Source of the DNA: Octopus sinensis
Lineage: Eukaryota
Direction: 5' to 3'
Assembly (NCBI RefSeq): GCF_006345805.1
Contig: NW_021834762.1
Span: forward strand, 1 to 26,502
Length of the DNA: 26,502 nt
In this document: positions 22,195 to 26,502 of the stretch, piece by piece
Layout of the letters: every line of letters starts with the position of its first letter
Numbering within the stretch: position 1 is the first letter of the stretch
Translations under genes and position numbers: made by a program
Notes under the pieces: model-generated
Told to the model about the DNA's origin: nothing
Seen by the model: the letters and a program-made list of their open reading frames with translations, nothing else
Databases searched by the model: none

Positions 22195-23399
22195 TAACTT
22201 AAAAGTATAAGCAATACGCTGCTGATAGATTTTATATGAACCCCCACCACCCTGCCAAGGGCTATATAAACTTCGGCTGAGATCCACTGTTCTATGCGGT
22301 TTCCACCCACAGTGGCGTAGCTAAGTTGAGAGCGAGGAGGGCGATTCACCTCGAACGACGCGTTCATGGAAGCGGTGTTTTGAGGCCTGCTCTATAAGTG
22401 TGCATAGTGTCAAGTGCCTGGGGGAGTGACAAACACAAGGGCTGCCCCGGGTGGTAGACGCTCTTCCAACATAACTCCATCTATCCAATTTCACTAGGAA
22501 GTTATAAGGTGGCCCGTGTTATAGAAACCAAAACTTGTCCAATAAAATACGAGCAAGGAATGGTGCAGTTGAGAAACGAGCTTCCCTACAATTCAGCCCA
22601 TACAGCTCCAGTAAAACTAAAAATTAGTGCTAATGACAATTATTTTCAACGTAGGCAAGGTAGAGAACTCTGAAAATTAAGCTAATTAAAAATTAAGTGC
22701 GGGAGGAAAATGTATGTTGTTTTGCTGAGTAGGTGACTACAGCAGTGATATTTTGTTATAACTTGAGTTTCCTCCCTTACACCTCGATTTCAGATTTCAT
22801 CCAGCCATAGAGGAAAGTCTTACGAACAATGTTGTAATCTTTCACAGTCACCAGATGATGAGTGGCACGTGTCAGACTCGACTGTCGTATGTACAACCAT
22901 GTGTGTGTGTTCGATAATTTACGAGAAAATAAGTACTCGATACATAATTTATTTAAGCCGGTCAAATAGCCTCCACTTTGAAGTTTCCACACCCTGCAGA
23001 CTATTCTGACAAGTTACCACAGGAACAGTGAGGACTGGCTTCTATTCATGAACAAACACAATGAAATGTGATTCCTCCAAATAACATGGGATGAAAATTT
23101 CTTATAATAACATGAAATTGCAACATTATCACTAACTTCTTAGTCATGGTTACCACAAGCGAAACCGGTTGACAATGTAAATATTTTATTTCCTATATAT
23201 ATATATGAGAGAAAGAGAGAGAGAGAGGGGGGGAATTTCTGTGAGACTATGTGTGTGTGCATCTATCTATGAATATGTGTGTATTATGTATGGGTGGATT
23301 TACATGCCTTTTCCTCCAATGTCTGTTTTTAGTTTTGACTCACCTTTACAAACCTGTTTTCGTGTACATGTGCCGTAACTTAGAAATCTATCTTTAACC

Positions 23400-23577
23400 T
23401 TCTACCTGTTCCAGTCATCGAACGGCGGCCATGCTAGAACACCACCTTGAAGGGTTTCAGTCAAACAAACCTACATCCCGTACCAGCTTATAAGTCTGGC
23501 ACCTACTCTATCGCTTTCTTTTGCCAAATTACTAAGCAACGTGAACGCTGGTGGGGTGCAACCACAGTCATTGACAG
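23400..23577 (-). mobile_element. SINE F3 tail, diverged
   Basis: CAGTCAT..GCGGCCATGCTAGAACACCACC..CTCTATCG..TTTGCC matches the tail reverse complement. Confidence 0.65.
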
Positions 23578-23639
23578 AAATATATATATAGAGAGATATA
23601 TATAATGTGCAGTGAATATATTAGAATTAATTAGAATTT

Positions 23640-23883
23640 AATTGCAGCGTGGAAGGTGTTTATAAGCCATTTAAGAAACACACAAAAACCGTTAGATTCA
23701 CTTCAGCATTTAAATTTTATTTGTCAAAATATTTTCGTCGCTTTTAGACCACGACCTCTTCACTGACAAATCTTCGTGCTGAATCTGAGAAAATTTTGAC
23801 AAACTACATTTAAAAGTTGAAGTGAATCTAACTGTTTTTGTGAATTTCTTAAATGGCTTATAAACACCTTCCACGCTGCAATT
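23640..23883. mobile_element. Fold-back repeat H4 (arms about 95 bp, spacer about 52 bp)
   Basis: Arms 23640-23736 and 23789-23883; outer 39 bp perfectly complementary (23640-23678 versus 23845-23883). Confidence 0.9.
23720..23770 (-). ncRNA. Hammerhead-like motif with a non-canonical G3 core (H4)
   Basis: UUUGUCA-GUGAAGA-G-GUCG(11 nt)CGAC-GAAA-AUAUUU-UGACAAA; 7-bp perfect stem I; palindromic AAUAUU stem III. G3 with G8 is incompatible in this copy. Confidence 0.55.
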
Positions 23884-24229
23884 GTTTTCGTTGCAGCACA
23901 TGATCTCAGATCAGGTGACTTGCTATGCAAGTACATGTCCGTAATTAAATTTAATCATATTTTAAAATATAGGTATACACTTTACTGGTTTCACATTACA
24001 CTTTCATAGTATATGGCGCTGTATCACGAATTATGTCTACACTGGCCCGCTGCTATGGTAGAAGACATTTACTCAAGGTGCTACACAGAAGAACTAAAAA
24101 AGAAGCCAGATGGCTGGAAGCCGATTGTCTTCACAGCACACCCATGGTTGTGCTTAATTATTATTGTTATTTGGTGCGCACATATAACAACGACAAAGTA
24201 TGTACCATTTTCAGTTGAAGTGTTATTCT

Positions 24230-24350
24230 TTACTTTTATTCTTTTACTTTGAACCGCGGCCATGCTGGAGCACTGCTTTGTAATTATTCTATCGGTTACT
24301 TTTGCAGAACTGCTAAGTTATGGCGACGTAAACACATCGACACCGGTTGT
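24230..24350 (-). mobile_element. SINE F3 tail fragment
   Basis: CGCGGCCATGCTGGAGCAC..TTCTATCGGT..CTAAGTTA..GACGTAAACAC. Confidence 0.75.
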
Positions 24351-24371
24351 TCGCACACACACACACATACC

Positions 24372-24410
<39 letters not shown>

Positions 24411-24657
24411 ATTATTATATTTAGGGTAAAAATTGATATTTATCAATTAAAACGTTGGTCTAGTATATTAAAGAAAGAATCCGAAGATTAAAATATTTAT
24501 ATATACCAATTAAGGACTGAACACGAAAAAGTGGACAGTCAACATGCTAGATATATACGTCAATCGCCATTCTCCACAAAAAGTCTATGTTCTCAGATCA
24601 AACTCAACACAAAATCAAAACAATAAACAAGTGAAAAATATACGAAATAATATTTAC

Positions 24658-24722
24658 CCATGTACTAAATTCAGTTTCGGCTGTTATTTTCCGCAGGAAA
24701 AGTGCAGCCATCATCAGCATGG
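24658..24722 (-). ncRNA. Type I hammerhead motif (H2), minus-strand copy
   Basis: Reverse complement of 25385-25450, with one fewer U in the inner loop. Confidence 0.85.
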
Positions 24723-25384
24723 TCCCATATAAAATGTAATTGCTGTACTAAATGCCAACACGATACCGAAATATCGCGTGCATGGAGTACGGCCTATTAC
24801 ATTTGAAATATATATTTCAAATGTCTCTAATTTTGGCGCGATGAGACCCGAGAAAACCAGCTGCAGCTAATAGTTAGCAGCAGTTTTTATCGGTTAGAGA
24901 ACAAATATTTATATAACATTAAATTTAGGGTAAAAATTGATATTTATCAATTAGAACCAGTGGTCTAGCATATTAAAGAAAGAATCCGAAGATTAAAATA
25001 TTTATATATACCAATTAAGGACTGAACACGAAAAAGTGGACAGTCAACATGCTAGATATAGACGTCAAATCGCCATTCTCCACAAAAAGTCTATGTTCTC
25101 AGATCAAACTCAAGCACAAAACCAAAACAATAAACAAGTGAAAAATATACGAAATAAATATTTACCCATGTACTAAATTCAGTTTCGGCTGTTATTTTCC
25201 GCAAGGAAAAGTGCAGCCTAACTGCTGCTAACTATTAGCTGCAGGCTGGTTTTCTCGGGTCTCATCGCGCCAAAATTAGAGACATTTGAAATATATATTT
25301 CAAATGTAATAGGCCGTACTCCATGCACGCGATATTTCGGTATCGTGTTGGCATTTAGTACAGCAAATTACATTTTATATGGGA

Positions 25385-25450
25385 CCATGCTGATGATGGC
25401 TGCACTTTTCCTTGCGGAAAATAACAGCCGAAACTGAATTTAGTACATGG
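25385..25450 (+). ncRNA. Type I hammerhead ribozyme motif (H2), canonical core
   Basis: CCAUG-CUGAUGA(25390-96)-U-GGCUG[cac UUUUCC(UUGC)GGAAAA uaa]CAGCC-GAAAC-UG(AAUU)UA-GUA(25443-45)-CAUGG. Confidence 0.9.
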
Positions 25451-25601
25451 GTAAATATTCATTTCGTATATTTTTCACTTGTTTATTGTTTTGGTTTTGT
25501 GTGAGTTTGATCTGAGAACATAGACTTTTTGTGGAGAATGGCGATTTGACGTCTATATCTAGCATGTTGACTGTCCACTTTTTCGTGTTCAGTCCTTAAT
25601 T

Positions 25602-25603
<2 letters not shown>

Positions 25604-25635
<32 letters not shown>

Positions 25636-25656
25636 TAGATAGATAGATAGATAGAG

Positions 25657-25737
<81 letters not shown>

Positions 25738-25738
25738 T
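25604..25738. repeat. (TA)n-(GATA)n microsatellite
   Basis: Read directly. Confidence 0.95.
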
Positions 25739-25759
25739 ACAGCATACGCTGTTATAATA

Positions 25760-26151
25760 AACATTTCTACTATAGACACAAGGCCTGAAATTTGGGGGTG
25801 GGGATAGTCGATTATATCGCCCCCATTACGCAACTGGTACTTAGTTTATCGACCCCGAAAGGATGGAAGGCAAAGTCGACCTCGGCGGAATTTAAACTCA
25901 GAACGTAAAGACAGACGAAATACCTATTTCTTTACTACCCACAAGAGACTAAACACAGAAGGTACAAACAAGGACAAACGGATTAAGTCTATAACATCGA
26001 CCTCAGTGCGTAACTGGTACTTAATTTAATCGACCCCGAAAGGATGAAAGGCAAAGTCGACCTCGGCGGATTTTTAACTCAGAACATGAAGACAGACGAA
26101 ATCCCGCTAAGCATTTCGCCCGGCGTGCTAACGTTTCTGCCAGCTCGCCGC
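25760..26151 (-). mobile_element. SINE F1: one head plus two bodies with different tails
   Basis: Head about 26102-26151; junction GAAATACCTATTTC at about 25917-25930; distal unit ends in a CCCCAAATTTCAGGCCTTGTG-type tail. Confidence 0.9.
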
Positions 26152-26502
26152 AGTTAAAATATACCGATAAACATTACGGCGAATTCGTAAATATATCTAC
26201 TAAATATATCAACCTATTTTTTCTTAATCGTTGATATCATGAATGGACAGACGACCGATTCTATACGGTATGTTGTACACGTTACGTCTTGTCGAGGAAG
26301 AGAGAAGCGCTTAACATAGCTATGAAGAGGTTTCTATCGAGATCGGCTGGAGATAATCAACATGGTTTTCAGAATACTGCTTTGTGAATGAAAAACAACG
26401 GTTAAAAATGGCGTGTGACAAAACCCGTTATCTGTTGCAGAAGGATTGTTGCACAGACACACGCACTGGCGTATATATCTATTTCTCTCTCTCTCTCTCC
26501 TC

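Larger units (their letters stand above)
24420..25612. mobile_element. H2 array: 504-bp unit, partial tandem copy, then an inverted copy
   Basis: A (24420-24709), B (24710-24885), spacer (24886-24923), A' (24924-25218), then the reverse complement of B plus most of A (25220-25612). Confidence 0.92.

Noticed and set aside
22310-22460. CAGTGGCGTAGCTA as a DNA-transposon TIR
   Set aside because: No matching opposite TIR or TSD found.
22999-23070. Possible plus-strand exon after CCCTGCAG (DYSDKLPQEQ or TILTSYHRNSEDWLLFMNKHNEM)
   Set aside because: Short, ambiguous frame, weak donor and no recognisable homology.

Overview
Eukaryotic, AT-rich, repeat-saturated non-coding DNA, probably intronic or intergenic. 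The tRNA-headed SINEs and very high compound-microsatellite density resemble Octopus (cephalopod) genomic DNA; this is an inference from recalled repeat families, not a database search. No protein-coding gene can be supported, and nearly all ORF-track entries are microsatellite or SINE read-throughs. The window contains about 20 SINE copies or fragments in four head/body families (labelled F1-F4 here), two hAT-like MITEs and many microsatellites. The main result is a set of at least four, possibly six, unrelated short repeat families (H1-H5 plus one fragment) that each carry a type I hammerhead ribozyme motif. These have stem I, a CUGANGA core, usually an extra nucleotide, stem II, GAAA, a palindromic stem III and an NUH triplet. 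Almost all sit in inverted or tandem-plus-inverted duplications typical of Penelope-like element (PLE) insertions. H2 shows compensatory base changes between two diverged copies inside the window. H1 has a Pol III (A/B box) tRNA-like head, making it a ribozyme-carrying SINE. Truncation points in unrelated families fall at the borders of ribozyme stem II. Ribozyme activity is predicted from the sequence only and has not been tested.
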